Source of the DNA: Mobula hypostoma
Lineage: Eukaryota
Direction: 5' to 3'
DNA: 64,000 bases
NCBI RefSeq assembly: GCF_963921235.1
Contig: NC_086097.1
Span: forward strand, 58,902,001-58,966,000
Part shown: positions 28,545 through 40,964 of the stretch, piece by piece
How positions within the stretch are numbered: the stretch's first letter is position 1
How the letters are laid out: each line of letters starts with the position of its first letter
Program-made: the position numbers and the translations under genes
Notes under the pieces: generated by a model
Seen by the model: the letters and a program-made list of their open reading frames with translations, nothing else
Databases searched by the model: none
What the model was told of the DNA's origin: nothing

Positions 28545-29459
28545 ATGGAGTCTAAGTACAAGAGTAAAATGTCCACTCAGAAGGCAGATAAATATAAAAA
28601 GACGCAGCAAGACGAGGGGCCTAGCTCCCCCATGACTAACCAGGACGGAGATAATGTGGAAGAATCGCTGAATCTGACTTTGATTCTTAGAGGGATTTGT
28701 GATTTCCGACAAGATATCAACAAACAGCTCGAAGATATTAAAGGAGAAATAGGAACAACTAATCTGAGGTTAGATGAAGCTGAAGTGAGGATTGTAGGGA
28801 CTGAGGAGAGGCTGCAAAACGCAGAGGAGGTGATAGGAAAAATGCTGAAGCTACAAGAGCAGCTCCAGTGGAAGCTAATAGACCAACAAGGTCGCTCAAG
28901 AAGGGAAAATGTGAGGATCTGTGGAGTTCCCGAAGGTAAACGAAGGCTCCATGAAGGTAAACCCGGATTGGTGATGCCCTTCATGGAGAAGCTGCTTAGA
29001 GAGAACCTTGAAATACCAGACTCAAAAGACCTACAGATAGAAAGGGCCCACCGCACGTTGGCACCACAACCCCCAGCAGATGCCCAGCCCAGATGGATTT
29101 TAGTCAGATTTCTCAGTTACAGAACAAAGGAAGAAGTGCTTACACTGGCATGGCAAAAGAAAGGCTTTATGTGGAACAATTGTAAAATCAGTTTAGACCA
29201 AGATTACGCACCGGGGATCCTTGCCAGATGGAACGAATACGCGAAAGGACAGAAGGTCCTGAAGGAAAACAACATCAGATTTCAGACCCTGTATCCAGCT
29301 CGGCTAAGAGCCTTTTATGACGAAGGGACAAAAACCTACGCTACAGTGGAAGAGGCAACGTTGGATCTGGCGGTTCAGGGACTACCCATAAAAGTTATCA
29401 CCCAACCGGAGTCGGCACTGGAGAAGATTCGGCGGAGAACATGGCAGCCAGTGCGGTGA
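28545..29459 (+). CDS. L1 ORF1p (coiled coil + RRM + CTD), intact 304-aa frame
   Basis: ATG to TGA open frame; RSRRENVRICGVPEG, IERAHR, PRWILVRFL and FQTLYPARLR are L1 ORF1p motifs. Confidence 0.9.
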   Translation: MESKYKSKMSTQKADKYKKTQQDEGPSSPMTNQDGDNVEESLNLTLILRGICDFRQDINKQLEDIKGEIGTTNLRLDEAEVRIVGTEERLQNAEEVIGKMLKLQEQLQWKLIDQQGRSRRENVRICGVPEGKRRLHEGKPGLVMPFMEKLLRENLEIPDSKDLQIERAHRTLAPQPPADAQPRWILVRFLSYRTKEEVLTLAWQKKGFMWNNCKISLDQDYAPGILARWNEYAKGQKVLKENNIRFQTLYPARLRAFYDEGTKTYATVEEATLDLAVQGLPIKVITQPESALEKIRRRTWQPVR

Positions 29460-29686
29460 GGACGCTCCATTCGAACCAGAGAGTCAAGCTATAAGGAAAA
29501 GCTCCAAGTATTCAGAAGTGAACGTACAGAGAGTGTAGAATAATTGAGAAATGTCCGAAAAGAGTAAATCGTACTTAAAGGTAAAATGAAAGCTGATAAT
29601 TGAAAATAAACTAGGCGGAGTAACGAATGATAGCAATATGGTGGAGACATAAAAAGGAGAGAATTCTCTATAACTGTTCACACTGT

Positions 29687-30235
29687 GGAGGGCCCTCTAA
29701 CACAGACTGGAGATAGGGGTTATCCCTCTGAACTGAGGCGGCTCGGTGGAGGGCCCTCTAACACAGACTGGAGATAGGGGTTATCCCTCTGAACTGAGGC
29801 GGCTCGGCGGAGGGCCCTCTAACACAGACTGGAGATAGGGGTTATCCCTCTGAACTGAGGTGGCTCGGCGGAGGGCCCTCTAACACAGACTGGAGATAGG
29901 GGTTATCCCTCTGAACTGAGGCGGCTCGGCGGAGGGCCCTCTAACACAGACTGGAGATAGGGGTTATCCCTCTGAACTGAGGCGGCTCGGCGGAGGGCCC
30001 TCTAACACAGACTGGAGATAGGGGTTATCCCTCTGAACTGAGGCGGCTTGGCGGAGGGCGCTCTAACACAGACTGGAGATAGGGGTTATCCCTCTGAACT
30101 GAGGCGGCTCGGCGGAGGGCCCTCTAACACAGTCTGGAGATAGGGGTTATCCCTCTGAACTGAGGTGGCTCGGCGGAGGGCCCTCTAACACAGACTGGAG
30201 ACGGGGGTTATCCCTCTGAACTGAGGCGGATCGGT
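29687..30235. repeat. Minisatellite, 9 x 61 bp, in the L1 inter-ORF region
   Basis: Unit GGAGGGCCCTCTAACACAGACTGGAGATAGGGGTTATCCCTCTGAACTGAGGCGGCTCGGC starts at 29687 and every 61 bp to 30175; head-to-tail with no spacers. Confidence 0.97.
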
Positions 30236-30391
30236 ACTCAGGCCTCACTGTTGGAAGTCGGGAAAAATTTTCAAATGTTCTATGTTCAAAAATACCTAGG
30301 GTTTGGTTTTATGTTCTGGTTTACAGTTGAGAAGGGATTTGCTTACTGTTGGTTTAGAAAAGGAGAGTGTTTTATTTTCTATTAGAGAAAA

Positions 30392-33300
30392 ATGCAAATT
30401 GAACTGGTAAAAATAATATCCTATAATGTAAATGGGGTATTGAGTCCAATTAAGAGAAATAAGATTATGTCTAAATTGAAAAAAGAGAGGGCACAAGTAG
30501 CTTTCCTTCAGGAAACGTACATGAGCCAATCCGAACATGCAAAATTAAAAAGAATGGGCTTTAAGCGTGTATTTTATTCATCATATAAATTGGGCCACAA
30601 AAGAGGAGTAGCTACTTTAATATCAAGTGCTCTTAATTATGAACATATTTCAGAGACTAAAGACAAGGATGGACAATTTGTAAGAATTACAGGAAGAATA
30701 GAAGGTACTGAAATAACATTGTTGAATGTTTATTCTCCACCAGGTTGTGAATGGTCATTCTATAGACACATTTTTGACCTAATGGTCAGCTCTCAAGGGG
30801 TAGTAATCTGCGGAGGGGATTTTAATATTAGGTTAAACCCTGCATTAGATTCTTCAACAACAGTTATTCAGAATAAACCTCTGACTAGGAAATTGAATTC
30901 ATTGATGGAGGAGCTGGGAATTATAGATGTGTGGAGGGAATTACACCCCACTAGTAAAGACTATATGCATTATTCTTTCCCTCATTCAGCTTATTCAAGA
31001 ATATACTATTTTTTTCTACTTAACATAGATAGATTCAGGATAAAAGAGTGTGATATTGAAACAATTGATCTGTCGGACCATAGTCCAGTCTCTGTGTCTC
31101 TAATTCTGGAAAGGAAAATGAGGAAAACACTATGGAGGTTAAATTCCCATATACTCAATAACCTGAAAGTAATGGAGAGATTAAGGGGAGAAATCAAAGA
31201 ATACTTAGACCATAATGACACCGTTTAGAAACATCACCAATGATCTTATGGGATACATTGAAAGCTGTACCGAGAGGAAAAATTATTTCCATTACTACTC
31301 ACATGAAAAAACTCAATGCACAAAAATTAGCAGACCTTCGAGGAAAATTAAAACAAATTCAAGTTATAGATAGCAACAAAATTAGTTCTAATTTAAAACA
31401 GGAAATTAAGAAAGTGCAAAGTGAAATTGATGATATACACACATTGGAAACTCAAAGAAACTTTCTTTACCTGAGACAAAAGAATTATGAAGTAGGAGGA
31501 AAATCAGCTAGATTATTAGTATATAAATTACATAAACAACAAGCAGACAATATGCTTCATAAAATAAAGAATCCAAAAACAAAGCTTGTGGAGAATACAA
31601 TAGGGAAAATTCAAGAGAGTTTTGAAACATATTATCGAGAGCTGTACTCTCAACCCCGGGCCTCCAATGAGCCCTATATAAACACTTTCCTGAATTCTTT
31701 AGATCTACCCAAGCTCACAGATTTACAAAATGAGTGCCTATTAGAACCAGTAACTGCCAAAGAACAGAATGTGGCCATCTCTAGATTAAAGGCCGGAAAG
31801 TCTCTAGGCTCTAATGGTTTACCTCAGAGTGGTACAAATCACTGAAGTCAGTTAGTTCCATTATTACTTAACACCTTTAATTGGATCTTACAGAGAGGAG
31901 AAATTCCACCTTCCTGGAGAGAGGCGATTATCTCAGTTATTCCTAAAGAGGTTAAAGATAATCTAGAATGTGGTAATTATCAGCCAATCAGTGTTCTTAA
32001 TTTGGACTACAAATTATTTACATCTATATTAGCTCGTAGACTGGAAGAGCTTCTACCTGGCCTCATCCACTTAGACCAGACTGGATTCATTCAGCAAAGA
32101 CAAACTCAGGACGACACAAGGAAAACTTTACACATACTAGAACAAGTTATTAAGAACGGGACAGAGACAATGGTAGTGGGATTAGATGCTGAGAAAGCGT
32201 TTGATTCAGTTAGTTGGGTATTCCTATACAGAGTGTTAGGAAGAATCGACTTTCAAGAAAAGTTTATTAAAGTAATCCAGACTTTATATGACAGCCCTAC
32301 AGCTCAAATTAAGATAAATGTGGACCTCTCTGACTCTTTTATATAAGAGAGAAGAACTAGACAGGGAAGACCAATTTCTCCTCTTCTCTTTGCACTATAT
32401 ATTGAACCTCTTGCCCAACTAATAAGACAGAGCAAAATTGTAAAAGGTATCAAGGTGGCAGGGATTGAACAGAAGGTGGCACTATTCACAGATGACGTTT
32501 TAGTCTATTTGAGTGAACCAGAAAAATCATTTATAGCATTGTTTACACTGTTGGATGAGTTCAGGAAAATATCAGGTTATAAAATTAATGTAACGAAAAT
32601 GCAGGTTTTGTCCTTAAATTATACAGCATCCATCCAAAAAACTGCAGGATAAGTGGGAAGCTAAATTATTAAAATATTTAGGAATAACCCTGCCAAAAGA
32701 TCTTTCAACATTGTCACTGGTAAATTATGGGCCATTAATTTCAGAGATAAAAGCAGATATACATAGGTGGAATCTTATCCCCTTTTTAAAGTTTAAATTC
32801 AAGGATAAATACCATAAAAATGCATATTCTCCCTCGGTTACTTCACCTTTTTCGGACTTTACCTGTAGAAGTGGATGATAATCAATTCAGGGAATGGGAT
32901 AAATGGATTTCCCGCTTTATCTGGCAAGGAAAGAAACCTAGAATCCGATTTAACACCTTACAGTTAGGAAAGGAAGGAGGAGGTATGGCATTTCCTTGTT
33001 TGAGAAATTATTTTTATGCTTCACAGATAACCCCTCTGTTATGTTGGTGCAATAGGGAATATAAGTCTAGATGGATGGAAATAGCATTTGGATTGATTGA
33101 CAGTTTTCCTCTACTAGCCTCAATAGCAGACAAAGGATTGATGGCCTAATTGGAAAAGATTAAAAACAGCTGGATAAATCTCACATTAAAAGTATGGCAG
33201 AAGATGGCTAATTCATGTGGAATCAATAACATGTTAAAACTTTTCAGGTGGTGTGCTTATGATACCGAATTTCTTCCCAGCAGAGGAGATAAAAAATTTG

Positions 33301-34155
33301 AACTGTGGATAAAGAAAGGTCTTACAACCTACCTCTCATTCACACATAAAAGTGTATTACAAAGTTTTCAATCCCTGCAGGACTAACATGGCCTAGAACA
33401 CAAGAACTTTTTTAGGTATCTTCAAGTACGACATCATGTTAACCAGAGTTGTAGATATACAGACTTATCAACAGTAAAATTAGAATTTTTCAAGATTCTG
33501 AAATCGGCTTACAGTTGAATACCAAGTAAATCAATTTCTCGATTATATAATGCCCTCTCTCATGCCAAAAATGAAAACACATTGTATGTTAAAGAGTAGT
33601 GGGAGAAAGCAGGGTTGGTACTTTCGGAGGAGGCTTGGGGGAAAATATGCTGCTTCCAGTGGTCTTCGACTAACTCTTTGATTTGGAGAGAACATTGTTG
33701 GAAAAATATTATAAGATACTTCAAGACCCCATACCAGGAAAAATATAAAGACACAAACGTGGCGTGTTGGAGAAGGTGTGGCTCCAAGGAGGCAAATCAT
33801 TTCCATTTTTTTGGGATTGCCCTAAATTATGTTCATATTGGGAAGGTATTCACAGAACATTAGTTAAGGTATTTAAGACTCAGATACCTCTGAACTTTGA
33901 AACTCTCTACTTGGGGCATGTATTGTTTTTGGAACAGAAGAAAGATATAAAGCTGCTGCAGGCCCTTTTAGCGGCAAGTAAGAAATCAATCATCGGAAAG
34001 TGGTTAAATCCAACATCACCTACATTAGAAGACTGGCATGAAATCATTTTGGAAATATTTAAAACGGAAAAGATGACCTACTCTCTGAGAATTCAAAAGC
34101 AAAAATTTTTATCAAATTTGGAATAAATGGATTGAATTTATAACCCCAGAGTGAG
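30392..34155 (+). pseudogene. L1 ORF2p (APE endonuclease, RT, cysteine-rich C-terminus), disrupted
   Basis: SYNVNG, FLQET, GGDFN and SDHSPV (endonuclease); LDAEKAFDSV, RQGRPISPLLF and LFTDD (RT); CWRRCG..H..WDC; split by several stops and frameshifts. Confidence 0.93.
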
Positions 34156-35250
34156 CAGACTTCAGATGACTCTCCTAATGGTTTATACTGTTTGTCTCAC
34201 CAACATAGTAATGGTGTTAATGTAAGCACCCTTGGCTCGAATGTTTACTGTTCTTTTTTTTGGAAAATGTGGAACTAACACAAGTAAAGTAAAGAAAAGA
34301 CCTGGGGAAATTTTGAACCAGTAAGAAATGGACCAGAAGAGATACATAGAAATTAGTATTCAACTACTATTATTAATATTTTTATAACAACGATTATCAT
34401 TATTTAGTTTAATAAAGTGGAATTACAATTGCACATAAACATCTATTTGAGTGCCCAATTATTTTCTATATTATCTCAATGTGCACTTGTGAATGTACAA
34501 ATTAATATAGATTCACTCACATAAAAAATGGAAAAGGTTATATATGTTTAAAAAAAAGTTTGTGTATTACTTGTGAATAACTTATCCAAATAAAAATAAA
34601 ATAAAAAAAAATAATTTAAATTTTAAGCACAATTCATCCCTTTCAATAATATTGAACATTGTAATAACCTTGACAGTTTCAGGTTTGCAAAATTTAATAC
34701 AAATATGAGCTGGTATTGCACTTGTGAAATACTTAATAAGACACTTCAATCTGTGCCCACGTATTTTAAGGCTGGACAATATTTTAATTTTTGACTCATT
34801 GTTAGTCTAGGCAGAATATATCAAAACATACAATTCAAATATTATAAACAGAAAAAATGAATAAGTTCTGATTTATTCAGGTCTTCAAGTCATGATATAA
34901 TATAATCTGCTGTTTTGATGAAAAATAGTTACGTGGTTGTAGGCAAAATCCAGTTGAGGGAGATTAATTGAATAGTTTTGTTAAAGGACAATCACGGGCA
35001 AAATAGCCAAAATAGTTCTGTATAGAGTCATAGAGCTCTACAGCAGAAACAGGCTCTGTGCTGAACTGTTACTCAGCTTAGTCCCACTGACCTGCACCTT
35101 GAACCTTGCCCTCCATACCACTCCCATCCATGTACTTATCCAAACTTCACATCAAAACTACATCTATCACTTCTACTGGCAGCTCATTCCACAATCGCAC
35201 CACTCTATGAGTGAAGAAGTTTCCCCTCAGGTTCCTCTTAAATAATTCAC

Positions 35251-35578
35251 CATAAGACCATAAGACAAAGGTGTAGAAGTCAGCCATTCGGCCCATCGAG
35301 TCTGCTCCGCCATTTTATCATGAGCTGATCCATTCTCCCATTTAGTCCCACTCCCCTGTCTTCTCATCATAACCTTTGATGCCCTGGCTACTTAGATACC
35401 TATCAATCTCAGCCTTAAATACACCCAATGTCTTGGCCTCCACTGCCGCCCGTGGCAACAAATTCCATAGATTCACCACCCTCTGGCTAAAAAAATGTCT
35501 TTGCATCTCTTCTGAATGGGCACCCTTCAATCCTTAAGTCATGCCCTCTCGTACTAGACTCCCCCATCATGGGAAACC
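35251..35578 (-). mobile_element. CR1 3' end nested in the older CR1
   Basis: CATAAGACCATAAGAC tail, the same tail type as at 17101; FFSQRVVNLWNLLP. Confidence 0.8.
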
Positions 35579-37670
35579 TTTCACCTCTAGACTGCTTGCA
35601 TTTACCCTATCAACACATCTCAATTTTATATACCTCTATCAAATCTCTCCTCATTTTCCTACACTCCAGGGAAAAAATCCTATCCTATTCAGCTTTTCCC
35701 TGTAACTCAGGTTCTAAAGCCCCAGCAAAATCCTTATCAATTTTCTCTGTACTCTTGCAATCTTATATCTTTCCTGTAGATAAGATTCGAAAACTGTGCA
35801 CAATACCCCAAATTTGGCCTCACCGAAGTCTTATACAACTTCTACCTAAAATCTCAACTCCTATACTGAATACTCTGATTTATAAAACCCAATGTGCCAA
35901 ATGCTTTCTTTATGACGCCATTTTTAAGGAATTATGGATCTGTATTCCCAGATCATGCTATTCTGCCTCATTCTTCAGTGTCTTATTATTCATTGTATAA
36001 CGTCTACCCTGGTTTGTCCTCCTGAAATGCACACCTCACACTTGTCTGCATTAAATTCCATCTGCCATTTCTCAGCCAATATTTTCCAGATCCCGCTCCA
36101 AGCTTTGATAGTCTTCTTCGCTGTCCAGTGCGTGCCCCTCCCAATCTTACAAAATCTGCAAATTTGCTGAACCAGTTTAACACATTATCATCCAGATCAT
36201 TAATATAGGTGACCACTATATCACGCCACAAGTCACTGGCCTCCAGTCAGAAAGGTAACCATCTACTACCGCTCTCTTGATTCTCCTACTAAGCCCATGT
36301 TGATTCCAATTTAGTACCTCATCCTGTAAGTCAAATGACTGAAACTTCATGACCAGCCTCCCAAACAGAACTTTGTCAAAAGCCTTGCTATAGTTCATGT
36401 CAACAGTTCCACTGCTTTTCTTTCATCAATTTTCTTAGTAACCTCCTTGAAATACTCTATGATATTAGTTAGCCATGACCTGACACAATCAAAGCTATGT
36501 TGATTATCTCAAAGCAGACCCTACCTATCCAAATACTTATATATCATGCCCTCGGAATACTTTCCAGTAATTTGCCCACTACAGATGCCAAGCTCACTGG
36601 GCTATAATTTTTCTGCTCATTCATAGAATACAACAGAACAACTCTAGCTATCCTCTAGTCCTCTGCCAGGGTCTTTGCAGCTTCTGCACTAGCCTTAAGC
36701 AAGGTGTGAAGGGAAACCATTTTAGGCCCTGAGGACTTATCCACCCTAATTTAGCTCAAGCCAGCATGCAGTTCCTCTTCTGTAATCTGCACGTGGTCAA
36801 TGATCTCACTGCTGTTTTGCATCAGTTGTACAGACTCTCTGTCCACCTCCTGAGTAAATACAGGTGCAAAAAATCCATTTAGAGATCTTCCCATCTTTTT
36901 CAGCTCCATGCATAGCTGACCATACTGATTTTACTCTTCATATATCTGTTGAAGACTTCGGGATTCTCCTTAATATTGTCTGCAAATGCAACCTTGTGCC
37001 TTCTTTTAGCCATCCTGATTTACCCTCTTAAATGTTCTCTCACATTTCTTATACTCCTCAATCACCTCATTTGTTCCTTGTTGCCTCTACCTGCTATGCA
37101 CCTCCTCTTCCTCTACTATCAAGGTTTCAATATCCCTCTGAAACCAAAATTCCCTAAACCTGTTAGGTGACTGTACTCTCAACGTTTCACTTTTGAAGTC
37201 CACCCACTTTCCAATCAGCCTTTTTCCAGAAAACTACCCAACCCAATCCACATCTGCTAGATCTTTTCTATCGCCAACTTTCCTGAACACATTTGACAAA
37301 CTCTATCCCATCCAGTCTTTTTACAGTAGTGGAGTCCCAGTCAATATGAATGGTAAAATCAGCAACTGTCACAACCTTATTTTTCTTGGAGCTGTCTGTT
37401 AACTCTCTTCAAATTTGCTCCTCTAAGTCCCACTGACTATTGGGTGGTTTATAATATAATCTCATTAATGTGGTCATCCCTTTCTCATTCCCCTGTTTCA
37501 CCCACACAATATCAGTAGATGATGTCATTTTTCCTGGCTGATAATGCCACCCTTCTCCCTTTATTACCGCCTCCTCTATCATGTCTGAAACAATGAAATC
37601 TTGTAACATTGAGCCGCCAGTCCTGCCCCTCCTGCAACCAAGTTTCAATACTGGCTACAATATTATAACT

Positions 37671-38315
37671 TTGGTTTACCAATGATAGAACAACATCATC
37701 TGACTTTCTCAGCTTTTCAGATGATTGCTTTTGCTGCACTAATGGCTAGAAGACCCATACTGTTGAATTGGAAAGAGATTAATCCTCCTACTACTTTTCA
37801 ACGGTTTTTGGAAACTAAGTCTTGTTTAAGTTTAGAAAAAATTGGAAGCGTCATTTACAACCTTTCTATTAAATTTGAAGAGATTTGGAGACCATTTATT
37901 CAATACTTTCATATGATGTAATTTGACCCTTTCCAATTCTACTTTGTTATTCTATATACGGGGAGAGGAGCGGGGTTAATGACACTGATGGTCTTATCTG
38001 AGGTATCACAATAGCCCATTCTTTTTCTTTTTGTTAGTTTTGTTTTTCTTTATTTGGTTCAGATTTTTTTTTTGGGGGGAAATTTTTTTTTCTTTTTTTC
38101 TCTTTTTTCATGATATTTTTTCTATTTTTATCTTATATTTCCCTATATTAGAGCTGTACTTTTTGACATTTTGGGAGGCTCATGAATTATGTGTCAATTG
38201 AGGTTATATTTGTTTAAACTATCTTTTCAATAATGTAATCCCAATTTCTCTGTATCTATTTTTCTGTAATGTATATGATGCTGAAACTAATAAAAAGATT
38301 GAAAAAGAAAGAAAG
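37671..38315 (+). mobile_element. 5'-truncated L1 (ORF2 C-terminus + 3' UTR), different family from 28411-34606
   Basis: ARRPILLNWKEINPPT..LSLEKI..WRPFIQYF; AATAAA and (GAAA)n tail; perfect 12-bp TSD AATATTATAACT at 37659-37670 and 38316-38327. Confidence 0.88.
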
Positions 38316-39228
38316 AATATTATAACTGCACATGCCGATCCATGCTCTAAGCTCAGCTATCTTACCCACAGTGCTCCTTGCATTGAAATAGACAACTCAG
38401 AGTATGATTCACACCATACTCAGCATTTTGGTTCCTGTCTTTGTATGTAGGCTTAACATCTACTTACCCCACAACTACTCCACGAGCTGCACTAGTTCCT
38501 ATCCCCTTCTAGTTTACTCTAGTTTAAACCTCACAAAGAAGCACCAGCAAATATTCCTGTTTCTATCAGGGGCATAAAAACAGAGTGAGGTGGGGGTATT
38601 TGGGCATAGCTTGTTGCAATTGGCAAGGTAAATTCAAAATCTGAAATTACAGTGCGGTCAAAATCCTTTGGATTTCTACAATTCTAAATGAATTATTAAG
38701 TGCAGGGAAAATATTTAAGAACTCAACAGTAATTTTGCATTTGTAAAAGACAGAGAAACACATAATTTGGGGCAGAGAAGGAGGAGATGGAGAGATAGAG
38801 GGATAGAAAGTAGAGAGAAAGAAAGGAGACAGGAAACAATAAAGAGGAAGAATGAAAAGAGAGGTTGATGGAATTATTTGAGGATGGATAGAGAGAGGGA
38901 GAAGCTGATTAAGTCAGTTATTCTTTTCCAGCTTTATATACACAATTCAAGGATTCAAAGTATTTTTAGTACAATTGGATGAAGTAGAAAGAAGGCAAAA
39001 GTAGAATCTCAAATCATATTAGTATGGTCCCTCTTGACATCCAGGAAACATTGTACATTGGAATCAGTAACAGCAGCCTCCCCAGCAAATGTATGTTGGG
39101 GAGTGGCAGCCTTTGGATTATGTGGGGAATGCAGGTGTAATTCATCACTTGGATGGGTGCAATTATTTACAAACTGCAGCATCAGCACTTAATAATGTGT
39201 CTTTGCAAGCTAAGATGAAAATAACTCT

Positions 39229-39464
39229 TTGGAGAGAGGGAGGATGAGAGGAGACATGATATGGGAAAACAAGTTATTAAGAGGAATAGATAGAGCGGAC
39301 AGCCAGCGCCTCTTCCTCAGGGCACTACTGCTCAGTATCAGTACAAGAGGACGTGGCTTTAAGGTAAGGGGTGGGAAGTTCAAGGGGGATATTAGAGGAA
39401 GGTTTTTTACTCAGAGAGTGGTTGGTGCGTGGAATGCACTGCCTGAGTCAGTGGTGGAGGCAGA
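39229..39464 (+). mobile_element. CR1 3' fragment, left part (continues at 46228)
   Basis: RMRGDMI..TRGRGFKVRGGKFKGDIRGRFFTQRVVGAWNALPESVVEAD, cut by the RTE tail. Confidence 0.88.
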
Positions 39465-40964
39465 TCATCATCATCATCATCATCATCATCAGGTGCTATG
39501 CCCAGTTTGAGCTTTGACTGCCATGGCCCACACACTCCTGTTTTAGGTCAAGTGGATCAATTCATTGGTATTCATTTCCAGTTCTCTGGCGGCCGCCTCC
39601 ATCATCATTTGTCTTTGTCTTCCTCTTGCTTTCTTCCCTTCAATCTTTCCCATAATTACCATGCATTCTAACTCCTCTTTCCTAATCACATGTCCAATGA
39701 AGTTACATTGTCTTTTCATGATCTCATACATTATTTCTCTTTTTGTATTTTCTCTGTTCATGACATCCTTGTTAGATATTCGTTTTGTCCATGATATTCT
39801 TTGCATCCTCCTCAAAAACCACATCTCTGCTGCTTCAATTTGTTTCCTCATGTTACTAGATATTGTCCAACATTCTGAGCCATATAACATAACTGGATAA
39901 AGGTAACATTTCAGTACTCTGAGGCGGGTTGTCATGCCTAGTTTAGTTTTGGTCAGTATACTCTTCATTCTCGTAAAGGTGTCTTTTGCCATCCCTATTC
40001 TTCTTTTGATGTCCATGTTGCACCTTTCATCTGATGTCACCCAGCTTCCTAAGTAGGAAAAGTTCTGTACTTGTTTTATGTCTTCTCCGTTTATGCTCAG
40101 CCTGCAGATAGGATTCTCCTTCTTCTTGGATATCACCATACATTCTGTCTTTTTGCAATTGATAGATAGACCCACTTTTGCACTTTCTTCAACAATTATA
40201 TCAATTAAATTTTTTAGTTCTTCCTCTGTACTTGCAATTAACACAGTGTCATCTGCATATCTGAAATTATTGATGTTTTCACCATCAGCATTGATTCCCA
40301 AGATGTCACTTATTTTTTGTAATATTGTTTCACTGTACACATTAAATAAATCAGGGGAGAAAACACACCCTTGTCTAATGCCTCTCTTGATTTTCATAAA
40401 CTGACTCACTTCTCCATCTATTCTTACAGAAGCAGTTTGTTCTCAGTACAGATTTCTGATTAGGTGGAGGTCTTTCGAATCTAGGTCTAGAGTTTTCTAT
40501 AACATTTCAAGTAGCTTATTGTGCTTCACTTTATCAAATGCTTTTGTGTAGTCAATAAAAAAACAAATATTTTTGCACTTGAATAGCTCGTTCTGATAAT
40601 ATCCTTAACATCAATATTGCATTTCTTGTACCTTTGTCTTTCACAAAACCACATTTTTCTTTACTTATTTCAGCTTGTATCTTACTTTTAGCTCTTGTCA
40701 TCAAAGTTCTTAAAAGTATCTTGGTGATATGACTCATTAAACTTATGGTCCTATGTAATTCACCATCTATTGCTCCAGATTTCTTAGGAAGAGTGGTATT
40801 ATTCCAGTCTCATAAATGTCATTGATTAAATCAGTAAGTTTTTCAATTCCATAATCTTCAAGGGTGATAATTTGTTCTATTCCTAATTCATCAGGACCTG
40901 CTGTCTTTCCTTTCTTCATTTTATTTATTGCATTACGAACTTCAGATTTTAAAATACTTGGACC

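Larger units (their letters stand above)
28411..34606 (+). mobile_element. Full-length L1-clade LINE (fish-type)
   Basis: Short 5' UTR, ORF1, inter-ORF region, ORF2, 3' UTR and A-rich tail with AATAAA; TAATTTAAATTT duplicated at 28397-28408 and 34612-34623 (17/19 match when extended). Confidence 0.95.
35020..38560 (-). mobile_element. Decayed CR1 LINE hosting two later insertions
   Basis: YINDLDDNVLNWFSKFAD, YSKAFDKV, YYKPPNSQWDLEEQI and YNIVASIETWLQEGQDW; sequence resumes at 38316 after the L1 insert. Confidence 0.8.

Noticed and set aside
28577..29056. 159-aa antisense ORF in L1 ORF1, and similar antisense ORFs such as 39565-39900
   Set aside because: Ser/Leu/Phe-rich shadows of purine-rich sense coding strands, with no independent evidence.
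29687..30235. CRISPR array
   Set aside because: The whole 61-bp unit repeats with no unique spacers, there are no cas genes, and the context is a eukaryotic L1.
39229..39510. Poly-His-tagged ORF suggesting an engineered sequence
   Set aside because: The His run is the antisense of the RTE (ATG)n tail abutting a CR1 fragment.
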